From Candidatus Marinacidobacterales bacterium (GTDB lineage Bacteria; Acidobacteriota; Vicinamibacteria; Marinacidobacterales; DATDRI01), in the NCBI GenBank assembly GCA_965226495.1, contig OZ245365.1, positions 832,001 to 896,000 of the forward strand: a DNA stretch of 64,000 nt. The letters run 5' to 3'. Numbering within the stretch: position 1 is the first letter of the stretch; every line of letters starts with the position of its first letter. Positions 48,721-58,712 of the stretch are shown here, piece after piece. The notes under the pieces are model-generated. The model was not told the origin of the DNA. It was given only the letters and a program-made list of their open reading frames with translations, and made no database searches. Made by a program: the position numbers and the translations under genes.

Positions 48721-49185
48721 ATGAAGATACTGAGGATTTTGAGGCTGATGGCAATCGTTTTCTGTGCAGGATTTGTCCTCGCGTGGGCTCCAGGATTACC
48801 GGCTCTGGTGCCGCCTCCACCGCTCGCCAAGATCACGCTGGAGGGTGGCAAGATCGAAATCGATAAGCGTGACGTGAGCACATCGAGAAGGCAGGCGGTG
48901 GTGTGGTGGATCGAAAACCACTACCCAGACGAGAAGGCAGTAGAACTGACCAACTTTCAAATTGGCACAACGTCGGGCGATGACTGCATAGACCTCAAGA
49001 GAATGAACCAACCTCCCCTTCGTGGACGACTGGAGGACCGGAAAGTAGAGGGGGCCGAAAATGGCGAGCCAGGGACGGGGATCATCGCGGTGGTGGTCAA
49101 GAAGAACGCCGATGAGACTTGCTACAAATATGACATCACCGCGACCGGGTTGCCCGATCTCGATCCTCGGCTGCATGTGCGGTGA
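48721..49185 (+). CDS. secreted beta-rich hypothetical protein with C-terminal YKY...LDP motif
   Basis: AGGAGGAGG RBS, signal peptide, two Cys in the mature region. Confidence 0.75.
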   Translation: MKILRILRLMAIVFCAGFVLAWAPGLPALVPPPPLAKITLEGGKIEIDKRDVSTSRRQAVVWWIENHYPDEKAVELTNFQIGTTSGDDCIDLKRMNQPPLRGRLEDRKVEGAENGEPGTGIIAVVVKKNADETCYKYDITATGLPDLDPRLHVR

Positions 49186-49225
49186 GTCAGGAAAGCTGGG
49201 CGGTACGACAGGGAGAGGAGCGGTT

Positions 49226-50293
49226 TCAGTGCAGTCCCGCGTCGAGGAGGCGTTGGAAAGCCGGGGTGGCTAGCTCTTGGAGCTCGCCTCCTTCTTCCTC
49301 GATCAGGAAGAGAGCAGCAATGTTCTGGTCCACGGCGAGGCTGTAACCCTCTGCCGGGCCGAGGACGAGGAGTCCCGTAGCCAAGGCATCGGCGCTGACG
49401 CCGAGCTCATGCACGACGCTCACTGAAGCCAAACGGTGCGTAATGGGCCGACCGGTTCGAGGATCGATGGTGTGGGAGAAGCGAGCGCCATCGACTTCGT
49501 AGGAGTTCCGGTAACCACCGGAGGTGGCCATGGCCAGGCCGCTCAAAGAGACGATGCTTTGAATGGCTCGCTTTCCAGCGACCGGCTGTTCGATAGCGAT
49601 GCGCCAAGCATTTCCAGTGGCGTTGGCGCCGCTCGTTCGAACTTCACCGCCGACTTCGACCATATAGTTAATGAACCCGCCACGGTCTAGACCCACGGCC
49701 ACGCGATCGACGCCATATCCCTTGGCGATGGCGGAAAGGTCACAATAAAGATCGGGCTGAGTCTTACGGAGGGTCGATCTGTTCTCATCGATTTCGAGCT
49801 TGTCATAGCCGGTTCGCTCGAGTGCTCGGGCGATCTCGGCATCCGAAGGCGGCGTCTCCGCATGCCCTTCGGGACCGAAGCCCCAGACGTTGACCAGTAG
49901 GCCAGCCGTGATGTCGAAAGCGCCTCCCGTCAGGGCGCTCACCTCTGCCGCATGACGAAATACTTCGAGCGTTGATTGAGAAACGACGAAGGGTGTCGTT
50001 TCCTGCGAGCGATTGAATTGCGAGAGCTCGGAATCCTCGAGATAGTGCGACATCTTGTCGTTGACGGCCCGGAGCTCGTCTTCGATCAAACCTTGGAGTC
50101 GGATCTGGTTGGCGTCGGTCAGACTCTCCGCCACGACCTTTACCGTAAAGGTCGTTCCCATGGTCGAGCCTTCGAAGGTGTAAGCGTTAGGGCCGTCCCC
50201 GGCGCGATGGCAGGCACCGGCCCCGACTAGCGTGGCGCAAACGCTGATGCCAACCAGTGCCGGTGTCCGTAAGTGAGCGCCCAGTGACCGCAT
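49226..50293 (-). CDS. apbE: FAD:protein FMN transferase
   Basis: TMGT, SELSQFN, FDIT, DLSAIAKGYGVD, ATSGGYRN, HTIDPRTG, ADALAT. Confidence 0.93.
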   Translation of the reverse strand: MRSLGAHLRTPALVGISVCATLVGAGACHRAGDGPNAYTFEGSTMGTTFTVKVVAESLTDANQIRLQGLIEDELRAVNDKMSHYLEDSELSQFNRSQETTPFVVSQSTLEVFRHAAEVSALTGGAFDITAGLLVNVWGFGPEGHAETPPSDAEIARALERTGYDKLEIDENRSTLRKTQPDLYCDLSAIAKGYGVDRVAVGLDRGGFINYMVEVGGEVRTSGANATGNAWRIAIEQPVAGKRAIQSIVSLSGLAMATSGGYRNSYEVDGARFSHTIDPRTGRPITHRLASVSVVHELGVSADALATGLLVLGPAEGYSLAVDQNIAALFLIEEEGGELQELATPAFQRLLDAGLH

Positions 50294-50383
50294 ATAGTGT
50301 TCAGATTACCTCAACTCCTGAGTTCCGACAGCGTTCGCGGCTGTGCTAGACTCCGCGCCGTGCCTCTTTCTGGGAGGAGATGA

Positions 50384-51643
50384 ATGCTCGCAAGGCTCGT
50401 TACGTTACTCCTGCTTCTTTCCGCCCCGGTTCTCGCCGAGACGGTGGCCATTCGCGCTGGCCACTTGGTTGATCCGACTACCGGCCTGGTGACCGACGAC
50501 CAAATTGTTTTGGTTCGAGAGGGAAAGATCGTTGAGGTGGGACCGTCGGTCAAGATCACTGAAGGCGCCGAAGTCGTCGACCTGAGCAACGCATGGGTGT
50601 TTCCGGGCTTGATGGATGCACACACCCATCTCGCCATGGGGCTGCCGCCTGCGCCTCCGGGTGAGTCCCTCTGGGAGATCTACCTGCTCAAAGAAAGCAC
50701 TGCCTTTCGTACGGCGCGCGCTATTCATCACGCCCGGGTTCTGCTCGAGGGTGGTTTTACCACCGTGAGGGACATCGGTAACGAAGGCAACTTCGCCATG
50801 ACCGCAGTGCGACAGGCTCAGGCCAAGGGTTGGGTAAGTGGACCGACCATCTTCAGTGTGGGGAAGATCATCGCCCCGTTCGGAGGACAGTCCTACCGGA
50901 TCGCGCCGGAGCAGGGGCCCTTTTGGCATTACGAGTATTTCGATGCCGACACCCCGGACGAGATCCGCAAGGCGGTGCGGCAGAACATCTACTACGGCGC
51001 CAACGCGATCAAGATGGTTGCGGACAATAGCGCTTTTCACTACTCCGAGGAGGAGATCCGTGCCGGAGTCGAGGAGGCACACGGAGCCGGACTCACGGTC
51101 GGAGTCCACGTCTATGTCGACGATGCCGCCCGGAGCGTCATCCTCGGCGGCGCCGACTCCATAGAACATGGGTTTCGATTGTCTGATGAAGTCCTTGAGC
51201 TCATGAAGGAAAAAGGCACGGTGTTGGTCGGGACCGACTTTCCGTATGAGCATCTGATGCAAGCGGGCCAGACGTTACCCCGCGATGAGAAGGAGACCGC
51301 CAACACCATCCTCGATCGGCTGCGACGAGCCCACCGGGTTGGTGTGAAGATGGCCTTCGGGACAGACGTGGTGGTGGATACTCCGGGTCGGACTCGGCTC
51401 GATAAGATGCTGGATTATCTGGACGTGTGGATCACGGCCGGGATCCCAGCGCCGAAGATTCTGAAATGCATGACCACCAACGTGGCCGAGCTCTTGTGGA
51501 TTGACGACGAACGGGGAGCGGTGAAAGCCGGCTTCGCCGCGGACATTGTCGCTACACCGGTGAATCCCTTGGAAAACATTCACACGTTGCGCGATGTGCA
51601 CTTCGTGATGAAAGACGGGGAAGTCATCAAATACTCGCAGTAG
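50384..51643 (+). CDS. secreted amidohydrolase (Xaa-Pro dipeptidase-like)
   Basis: PGLMDAHTH, GFTTVRD, SIEHG, AFGTD. Confidence 0.9.
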   Translation: MLARLVTLLLLLSAPVLAETVAIRAGHLVDPTTGLVTDDQIVLVREGKIVEVGPSVKITEGAEVVDLSNAWVFPGLMDAHTHLAMGLPPAPPGESLWEIYLLKESTAFRTARAIHHARVLLEGGFTTVRDIGNEGNFAMTAVRQAQAKGWVSGPTIFSVGKIIAPFGGQSYRIAPEQGPFWHYEYFDADTPDEIRKAVRQNIYYGANAIKMVADNSAFHYSEEEIRAGVEEAHGAGLTVGVHVYVDDAARSVILGGADSIEHGFRLSDEVLELMKEKGTVLVGTDFPYEHLMQAGQTLPRDEKETANTILDRLRRAHRVGVKMAFGTDVVVDTPGRTRLDKMLDYLDVWITAGIPAPKILKCMTTNVAELLWIDDERGAVKAGFAADIVATPVNPLENIHTLRDVHFVMKDGEVIKYSQ

Positions 51644-51666
51644 AGGGTCGAGAAAGGAGTTCTCTC

Positions 51667-52647
51667 ATGCGCTTCAAATGGTCGTTTTTCGGGTCCATCA
51701 TGAGTCTTGTCGTGTTGGTTGCGCCGGCGTCGGCGCAGGAAAACACCGTTCACTTCACTCCCACGGTTGGGTACCCGACCTACGCGGTGCGTGAGCCGGT
51801 CCTGCATTTGAAGCCGGGAACGAGACTCGTCTCGAGCACCAACTTCGGTGCTTATTACACCGAAGAGGGCGGAGATTTCCCGGGAGAAGTGGGCCCGTTC
51901 TATATCGACGGCGCGACCACTGAGGACACCTTGGTGGTTCGCGTGATCAAGGTCGAGCCCAATCACGACCTCGCCGTATCCGGACTTTACTCCGACTTCG
52001 GAGGCTTGGCGATGGATAAAACGGTGGTGCTCTTGAACCCGCGCATCGAGCCGCGTCGCTATCTTTGGCGTTTGGATCGGGAGAAGATGACCGGGACGAC
52101 CCAGCTTCCGGACAGCAAGATGAAGGAGATCGAGATCGAGCTGCAGCCGATGTTGGGTCGAGTGGCTGTCGCACCGAGAGGCGAGGAGGCCTTCGCGGGC
52201 CTCTGGCCGGGCGACTTCGGAGGCAACCTGGATGCTCCCGAGGTGCGGCCTGGCACGACGGTCTACTTACCTATTTTTCATGACGGAGCCTACTTCTATT
52301 TCGGAGACGGGCACGCTCGGCAAGGCCAAGGCGAGGTGAGTGGCACCGGACTCGAGACTTCGATGGACGTCATTCTCGAGATCGATCTGATCAAGGGTCA
52401 GAAGATCGATTGGCCGAGGCTCGAGGACGACCATTACATCATGGTGGCGGGCAGCGCCCGACCGCTCATCGACGCGTTTCGCCTCGCGCACGTGGAGCTC
52501 ATCGAGTGGTTGGAAGAGGACTACGGGTTCGGCCGTTTGGACGCCTATCTTCTACTGGGAGAGCTGGCGGAGAGTAGCGTGGCGAACATCGTGGATCCTG
52601 CCTACACCGTGCTGGCAAAGTTTCCGAAAAAATACTTGCCAAAATAG
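51667..52647 (+). CDS. acetamidase/formamidase family protein
   Basis: GPFYIDGA, GGNLD, GDGHARQGQGE..GTGLE. Confidence 0.9.
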   Translation: MRFKWSFFGSIMSLVVLVAPASAQENTVHFTPTVGYPTYAVREPVLHLKPGTRLVSSTNFGAYYTEEGGDFPGEVGPFYIDGATTEDTLVVRVIKVEPNHDLAVSGLYSDFGGLAMDKTVVLLNPRIEPRRYLWRLDREKMTGTTQLPDSKMKEIEIELQPMLGRVAVAPRGEEAFAGLWPGDFGGNLDAPEVRPGTTVYLPIFHDGAYFYFGDGHARQGQGEVSGTGLETSMDVILEIDLIKGQKIDWPRLEDDHYIMVAGSARPLIDAFRLAHVELIEWLEEDYGFGRLDAYLLLGELAESSVANIVDPAYTVLAKFPKKYLPK

Positions 52648-52677
52648 TCAGCCCAAAAGACAAAGGGGAGGAAACGG

Positions 52678-53868
52678 ATGGACGGGAAGACGAACAGAGA
52701 GACCCCCAATGTGAGGTCCACGCTCTTCATTCTCGTGGTCACAGCGTCGATCTTATTGCTGCGCCCCCCGGAGTCGGGCTCTCAGGGGCGGGATGCCGCA
52801 GTAGACCTACTCGCCGAGTTGACCAATGCGCACGGCGTCGTGGGATTCGAAGGGGAGGTCCGGGACATTCTGCGGCGAGAGTGGGGAGGGTTACTGACTG
52901 ATCTACACACCGACGGAATCGGGAATCTGTTTGGCACACTAGAGGGACAGTCGGAGTCGCCCCGGGTCTTGCTGATGGCTCACATGGACGAAGTCGGTTT
53001 CTTGGTTAGATACATCGATGAGGACGGCTTCATCTACTTCAATAACGTCGGCGGCTATTTTTCTCAAAGTGTGCTGACCCAGCGCCTCTCTATACTGACT
53101 CCGAACGGGCCGGTCCTTGGATACACCGGCATGAAATCGGGACACATCCTCCCCCGCGAGAATCGCATGACGATGGTTCCCCTGGAGGACATGTTCATCG
53201 ACGTGGGAGCCCGCAGCCGGGAGGAAGTTGAAGGGATGGGCATCCGGCCGGGGCTTCCAATTACCTATGCGACCGAGTTCCAAGTCCTGAATGGGACGAG
53301 CCGCTATCTGGCGCGGGCTTGGGACGACCGCGTAGGCCTCGCCGTGATTATCGAGGCGCTACGGCAGCTGAGGAGCCGAGAGCATCCGAACAACGTTCAA
53401 GTCGCCGCGACCGTGCAAGAAGAAGTCGGCCTGAGAGGTGCCTCGGTGGTGCAAGCAAGTACGCGACCCGACATCGTGATCAATCTCGAAATCGGGATCG
53501 CGAGCGATTTTCCATTGCTCACGTCGCCAACAATGTCTCAGGAAGCCTTGGGTAAAGGTCCGGGCATTTTCGTGTTCGACGGGAGCATGATCCCCAACAA
53601 TAAGTACGTGGACTGGATCATCCAGGTAGCCAAGGAGAACAACATTCCCTACCAGTTCGAGTCGGTCACCGGCTACGGCGAGGATGCCGCGATGCTACAG
53701 AAATCGGCGCAGGGTATTCCCGCCGTCACCATCGGTATTCCGACACGATACGGGCATAGCCAATCAGGCGTAATCGACCGAGCGGATTACGACAACACCG
53801 TCAGACTCGTGGTGGCGATGATCGAGAAACTCTCGGCCTCAGAGGTGGAGTCGATTCGCGCATTCTGA
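52678..53868 (+). CDS. M42 family aminopeptidase
   Basis: AHMDEVG, AWDDRVG, QEEVGLRGA, RYGHS. Confidence 0.92.
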   Translation: MDGKTNRETPNVRSTLFILVVTASILLLRPPESGSQGRDAAVDLLAELTNAHGVVGFEGEVRDILRREWGGLLTDLHTDGIGNLFGTLEGQSESPRVLLMAHMDEVGFLVRYIDEDGFIYFNNVGGYFSQSVLTQRLSILTPNGPVLGYTGMKSGHILPRENRMTMVPLEDMFIDVGARSREEVEGMGIRPGLPITYATEFQVLNGTSRYLARAWDDRVGLAVIIEALRQLRSREHPNNVQVAATVQEEVGLRGASVVQASTRPDIVINLEIGIASDFPLLTSPTMSQEALGKGPGIFVFDGSMIPNNKYVDWIIQVAKENNIPYQFESVTGYGEDAAMLQKSAQGIPAVTIGIPTRYGHSQSGVIDRADYDNTVRLVVAMIEKLSASEVESIRAF

Positions 53869-53909
53869 CCGAGTTCTGTTTTTTCTGGCGACGTGCGTGA
53901 GGACGAAGT

Positions 53910-54383
53910 CTACGTATCCCCGTGGCGGAAGTAGACCTTATCGGTAATCTTCCAGCCGTCGTTAAATTTCAGCAGCGAAAGGTAGTCGGTATAGACGTGC
54001 TTCGAGTCCTTGAAGAGCTCGATCTTCGCGACCGCAGCGTTTTCGGTGACGTCGACGAAAACGAACTTGTGATCCCACTTTTGATCGGCGGGGTCGAAGT
54101 TCGGCGCCGATTTCCGTTCCTCGATGCCTACGATCCAGTCATCGATGGGGTATTCACTGAGGGCGCCGTCGTTGACTCCATGGATCTTGAAGACCGGGTG
54201 GAACCCGGCACGCATGGTCTCGGTATCTAGGTCGTTGAAGGCGCCGTTGATGTATGCGCCTTCGATCAAAGCCTCGACCGCGGCCTTATCGACGTCGGCC
54301 TCGGAGTACAGCGCGGCGTTTGAAGCGAGCGCGACGACGAGCAGGGCGAGGGCAAGAAAGCTGAGCAGGCTGATTCTCTTCAT
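53910..54383 (-). CDS. NTF2-like (lumazine-binding type) secreted protein
   Basis: FHP, DVT..AAVAK, YTDYLSLLK..GWKI..K. Confidence 0.85.
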   Translation of the reverse strand: MKRISLLSFLALALLVVALASNAALYSEADVDKAAVEALIEGAYINGAFNDLDTETMRAGFHPVFKIHGVNDGALSEYPIDDWIVGIEERKSAPNFDPADQKWDHKFVFVDVTENAAVAKIELFKDSKHVYTDYLSLLKFNDGWKITDKVYFRHGDT

Positions 54384-54641
54384 TAGTATTCCTCCCATAT
54401 CACTCTTGGTATCGAGAATGGAGAATGAGGTGGCTGAGGTGTGGGTGCCTCTCGATGCCCGTCAGTCTAGTCCAATCCTTGGGCGGTGCAAAGCAACCTG
54501 GCGAAGGCTGCGAGTTAACGCTAATGCCGTCAATTGGTTATGACGGTGGGTGGGCCAGTCTGAAAACCCGCTTGCCACAGAACCCCTCCTCGAATTACCA
54601 TCGATGTCTCCCTAACCACTACCCGAAAAAGGGGGGCGATT

Positions 54642-55136
54642 ATGCCGGGACCCACTGCCGCAGACATCATGAGTCCTCTGGTCGTGACGCTCACGCCGGA
54701 AGAGGACATCTATTCCGCCATGCGCACCTTGTTGAAGAAAAGGCTCTCTGGTGCGCCGGTGATCGATCGCGAAGGCACTCTCGTCGGAATGCTGTCCGAA
54801 AAAGACTGTCTTAGAATTCTGACCGCCGAGGCCTTCGATGGCCTGCCTTTGGGCACGGTGGCCGGTTATATGACGAGCCCGGTCGAGACCGTGAAGATGG
54901 AGACCAGCATCTACGACATCGTGACTCGTTTCCTGGAGAGAGCCTTTCGGAGAATGCCAGTCTTGGATGGTGGGGGGCATGTCGTTGGACTGGTCACTCG
55001 TCGCGATCTGCTCGTCGCGATCGAGTCGTTGAGAGACAACTCCTATCTCTACGGCACCGAGGACCAGCATCTCTCTCTTGACGAGAGCGCCGGTGTCGAC
55101 TCCGCCATGCGACGTGCGCGAAGCCAAAAAGACTGA
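54642..55136 (+). CDS. CBS-pair domain protein
   Basis: SGAPVID..LVGMLSEKDC, RRMPVL..VGLVTRRD. Confidence 0.88.
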   Translation: MPGPTAADIMSPLVVTLTPEEDIYSAMRTLLKKRLSGAPVIDREGTLVGMLSEKDCLRILTAEAFDGLPLGTVAGYMTSPVETVKMETSIYDIVTRFLERAFRRMPVLDGGGHVVGLVTRRDLLVAIESLRDNSYLYGTEDQHLSLDESAGVDSAMRRARSQKD

Positions 55137-55194
55137 TCGGTTGCAGCGACATCTGGAAAGGGGCCGAGCGCGCTAGCGCGCGCGGGATCCCGCC

Positions 55195-55923
55195 TTGCAG
55201 TTTCGTATCGCTCCCACGATTTTCGAAGTTTTCCAGGAAGTGCGGATCGGTGTAGTGACTGCGCATGGGTTGGACAATCACGGCAGCGATCCCGCCATCA
55301 CATCACAAGTGCGCGAGGCGGAGACCGCCTTGGTCGAGTCCTTTCGAGATGGCAATGTCACCGAGCACCCGCGAATCGCCCCTTGGCGCGAGGCTTACCG
55401 AAAGTTCGGGGCCAAGCCGAAGAAGCACCTTTCCTCGATCGAAAGCCTTGCCCGGCGCGCCATCAAGGGTGATACGTTGAGGTCGATCAATAAGCTCGTC
55501 GACATTTACAATGTCGTATCGCTCCGGCATATCGTTCCCGTAGGCGGCGAGGATCTCGACCGGATCGAGGGAGACATCGTCCTTGTCCGTGCCAGCGATA
55601 ACGAGGCTCCCGTGAGGCTCCTCGGAGAGGCGGAGGAGCGATCGCCGTCGAACGGCGAGGTCATTTACAAGGATGATCGCGGCGCGATTTGCCGGCGGTG
55701 GAACTGGAAGGAAGCCGACCGAACCAAGCTGACGGAGGATACTCGGAGGGCGGTTCTGGTTATCGAGTCGCTGCCACCGGTCGACCCGGTCGCCGCGGTA
55801 GGAAGCATCGAGCTCCAACGAGCCGTCGATGATCTCGCCGAGCTGATCCAGCGTCATTGCGGCGGCGACACGGTGACGACCATCCTCGACCAGGAGCGGC
55901 CCGAGACCGGGCTCGATCACTGA
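55195..55923 (+). CDS. free-standing B3/B4 (PheT-like) domain protein
   Basis: WREAYRKFG..SSIESL, INKLVDIYN..S, GGEDLD, CRRWNW. Confidence 0.88.
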   Translation: MQFRIAPTIFEVFQEVRIGVVTAHGLDNHGSDPAITSQVREAETALVESFRDGNVTEHPRIAPWREAYRKFGAKPKKHLSSIESLARRAIKGDTLRSINKLVDIYNVVSLRHIVPVGGEDLDRIEGDIVLVRASDNEAPVRLLGEAEERSPSNGEVIYKDDRGAICRRWNWKEADRTKLTEDTRRAVLVIESLPPVDPVAAVGSIELQRAVDDLAELIQRHCGGDTVTTILDQERPETGLDH

Positions 55924-55931
55924 CCATTGAC

Positions 55932-57122
55932 ATGACAAAGCATGGCTCGGAGCGCGGCACGTGCAGCCCCACTTGTACCACCGACGAGGAGGCTCGCTTC
56001 CAGGTGACCAAAGAATTCCGCCGCTTCAACCAGAAGGGTGACATCTTCAGCCGCTCCTTCTGGGACTCCACCATTCGCTCGAAGGACTCCGACAAGTTCT
56101 ACGAGTCTTACCGCCTGCCCCTTGACGAATGGCGTCATGTGGACGGCTATCACCAAAAAGACTTCGCGCTCCGTAACGCGGGCTGGCACGTCGCCGACTT
56201 CTTTGCCGAGAGGTTGCAAAATGAGGATCGCCGGGAGGGTTTCCTAGATTATCTGACGGCACACCGTCAAGGTGCGAGCGAGAAGCGAGAGATCGATTCG
56301 TCGGCTCAGATGAGCAAGGAGATCAAGAAAGTCGCCAAACTTTTGGGGGCCGACTTGAGCGGCATTACCCACTATGACGAACGGTGGGTCTACACCCACA
56401 AATATAGCCGGGCCACCGAGGACGAGGTGGAGATGGATCTACCGGAGGGAATGACATCGGTCATCGTTGTCGTGCATGAGATGGATCACGACGTTCTTAA
56501 GACGGTCCCCTCGGCTCTCAGTGGAACCGCCACCGGAGTCGGTTATTCGAAGGACGCGGTGACCTTGCTCGCGCTCGCTCAATACATTCGCAATCTGGGA
56601 TGCCAAGCCTACGCGAGCATGAACGACACCGCAGCCAGTATTCCCTATGCGATCAAGGCGGGGCTCGGAGAGTACGGCCGCCACGGTCTGCTGATCACTC
56701 AGGAGCTCGGACCGCGTCTCCGAATTGGCAAGGTGTTTACGGATTTGCCACTCGCTCATGACAAGCCGACCAGGTTCGGAGTGGAGGAATTTTGCAGCGT
56801 TTGCCGTCGATGCAGCAATGACTGTCCCCCTCAGGCGATTGCAAAGGACGAACCTTCGGATCGGATTTTCAACCGATCCAATATCCGGGGCGTTAGAAAG
56901 TGGACGACCGACGCGGAGAAGTGTTTCAGTTTTTGGGTGAAGCAGGTCACCGATTGCTCCATCTGCCTGAGGGTCTGCCCCTACAATCTAGACTACCCGC
57001 GTTGGGTTAACCGATTGCGCTTCCGGCTCATGGGTTCATCTCTGAGAAGACCCATGCTTTTGCTCGATTCGATCTTGGTCGGCGGCACACGCCGTCCTCC
57101 GAAATGGTGGTGGAGCCGCTAG
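55932..57122 (+). CDS. rdhA: reductive dehalogenase family protein (cobalamin, 2x[4Fe-4S]), no Tat leader
   Basis: LGADLSGI...RWVY, AQYIRNLG, AGLGEYGRHGLLIT..GPRLR..VFTDLPL..DKP..FG, CxxCxxCxxxCP and C-x10-CxxCxxxCP. Confidence 0.85.
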   Translation: MTKHGSERGTCSPTCTTDEEARFQVTKEFRRFNQKGDIFSRSFWDSTIRSKDSDKFYESYRLPLDEWRHVDGYHQKDFALRNAGWHVADFFAERLQNEDRREGFLDYLTAHRQGASEKREIDSSAQMSKEIKKVAKLLGADLSGITHYDERWVYTHKYSRATEDEVEMDLPEGMTSVIVVVHEMDHDVLKTVPSALSGTATGVGYSKDAVTLLALAQYIRNLGCQAYASMNDTAASIPYAIKAGLGEYGRHGLLITQELGPRLRIGKVFTDLPLAHDKPTRFGVEEFCSVCRRCSNDCPPQAIAKDEPSDRIFNRSNIRGVRKWTTDAEKCFSFWVKQVTDCSICLRVCPYNLDYPRWVNRLRFRLMGSSLRRPMLLLDSILVGGTRRPPKWWWSR

Positions 57123-57139
57123 CAGAGCAACCTAGGGCA

Positions 57140-58650
57140 CTAGCTATCTAGTGTCGTAAAGAGGTTGTTCAGGGACTCGGCTAGCGTCGGATGAGCGAAG
57201 GTGCCGTCCTTGATAGCCGTGTACGGCAACTTTCCCATCATGGCCACTTGCAAGACGGCCATGACCTCGCCACCGTGAACGCCTAGGATCGCGCACCCCA
57301 GAATCTGTTGGCTTTTCGGATCCACGAGAGCCTTCATGAATCCACGGGTCTCGTCGGATTCGAGCGCCCGCGCAACTCGCGTCATGGGTAGTTTCGCCAC
57401 CCGTATGTTGAGCTTCTGAGATTTCGCCTGTTCCTCCGTCAGGCCGACGCGACCCAACTCCGGATCGATAAAAACGGTATAGGGTACGAAACGTCCTTTG
57501 GTGGTCACGTCCGCTCCTTCGAGAAGGTTGTCCCGAATGATGCGATAGTCATCGTAAGAGATATGGGTGAACGCGGGACCTCCGTTGGCGTCACCCAAGC
57601 AGTACACTCCCGGCACGTTGGTCTCCAAGCGCTCGTTAACGAGGATATAGCCTCGCTCGTCGGTGCGGATCCCGGCCGCCTCGAGATTCAAGTGATCATT
57701 TACGGGGACCCGCCCCACCGCGACGAGTAATTGGGTTCCAAGCGCTCGTTAACGAGGATATAGCCTCGCTCGTCGGTGCGGATCCCGGCCGCCTCGAGAT
57801 TCAAGTGATCATTTACGGGGACCCGCCCCACCGCGACGAGTAATTGGGTTGCCCGAATCGTATCCGTTCCTTGCGCGCTGTCTACCGCCGCGAGGATTTG
57901 ACCGTCGCCGTCTTGCTCGAACCGTGTCGCCGTAGTTTTCAGCCTGACGTCAACGCCTTCCTCGCCGAGGATTTTCGCGATCTCCTCCGCGACGTCAGGG
58001 TCTTCACGCGAAAGCAGCTGCCCCGATCGCTGGAGGACCGTCACCTTGCTTCCGAAGCGTCGGAACATCTGTCCGAACTCGAGCGCGATGTAGCCGCCTC
58101 CGAGGACGAGTAGATGCTCGGGAACGGAATCCAATTCCATGATCGACGTCGAGTCGAGATAGGGGAGGTCCTTCAAGCCAGGAATATCGGGGATTAGCGG
58201 CCGGAGGCCAGTATTAATGAATATCTTCTCCGCCGAGAGTCGCCGGGGGCTTCCACCTGGGGGGGCGACTTCGATCTCATTTGGACCGGTGAAGCTGGCT
58301 TGGCCGAAAATGAGTTCGACGTTCTCCAGTTTCTCGAGCCCTCGACGACCTCCGCCACTGAACAGATCGACGATATTGCGTTTGCGCTCGCGGACGCGAA
58401 CCATGTCTACCGTCACGGGCGACGTACCCACACCATAATCCGCGGCCCGCCGGGCCACGTGGGCAACCCGGGCACTGGCGACCATGGTTTTGGTGGGGGT
58501 GCAGCCTTTAATGACGCAGGTGCCACCCACTTTGTCCTCCCGCTCGATGATGGCGGTCTTCCAACCTGCCCGTGCCAGGCTCCCGGCCAGTGGTTTTCCA
58601 CCCTGTCCGGTACCGATCACGATCGCTTTATAGTTCTCAGGGTTCTCCAT
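57140..58650 (-). CDS. flavoprotein disulfide reductase (MerA/RclA-like), split by a 113-bp tandem duplication
   Basis: [33 protein letters not shown]; no C-terminal CC pair. Confidence 0.85.
57624..57850. repeat. exact 113-bp tandem duplication
   Basis: The unit starting TCCAAGCGCTCG at 57624 recurs at 57737. Confidence 0.9.
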
Positions 58651-58712
58651 ATTTAGATTCCTTTCGAGGAGGGACGCTCCTGTGCTAGCCTCTTTTGTGT
58701 GCGGTGACCAGA

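Noticed and set aside
54420-54640. Possible riboswitch in the intergenic region
   Set aside because: Only a short hairpin (CCGTCA...TGACGG) is visible and no aptamer consensus was recognised.
55932-57122. Epoxyqueuosine reductase QueG call (tempting given the Q-salvage gene)
   Set aside because: The motifs (RWVY, GLLIT..GPRLR, DKP..FG, C-x10-CxxCxxxCP) fit RdhA, and the QueG-type YxxGxDYH and GCDxCQ motifs are absent.
57140-58650. True mercuric reductase merA or programmed two-gene split
   Set aside because: There is no C-terminal Cys pair and no mer operon; the split is explained by the exact 113-bp duplication.
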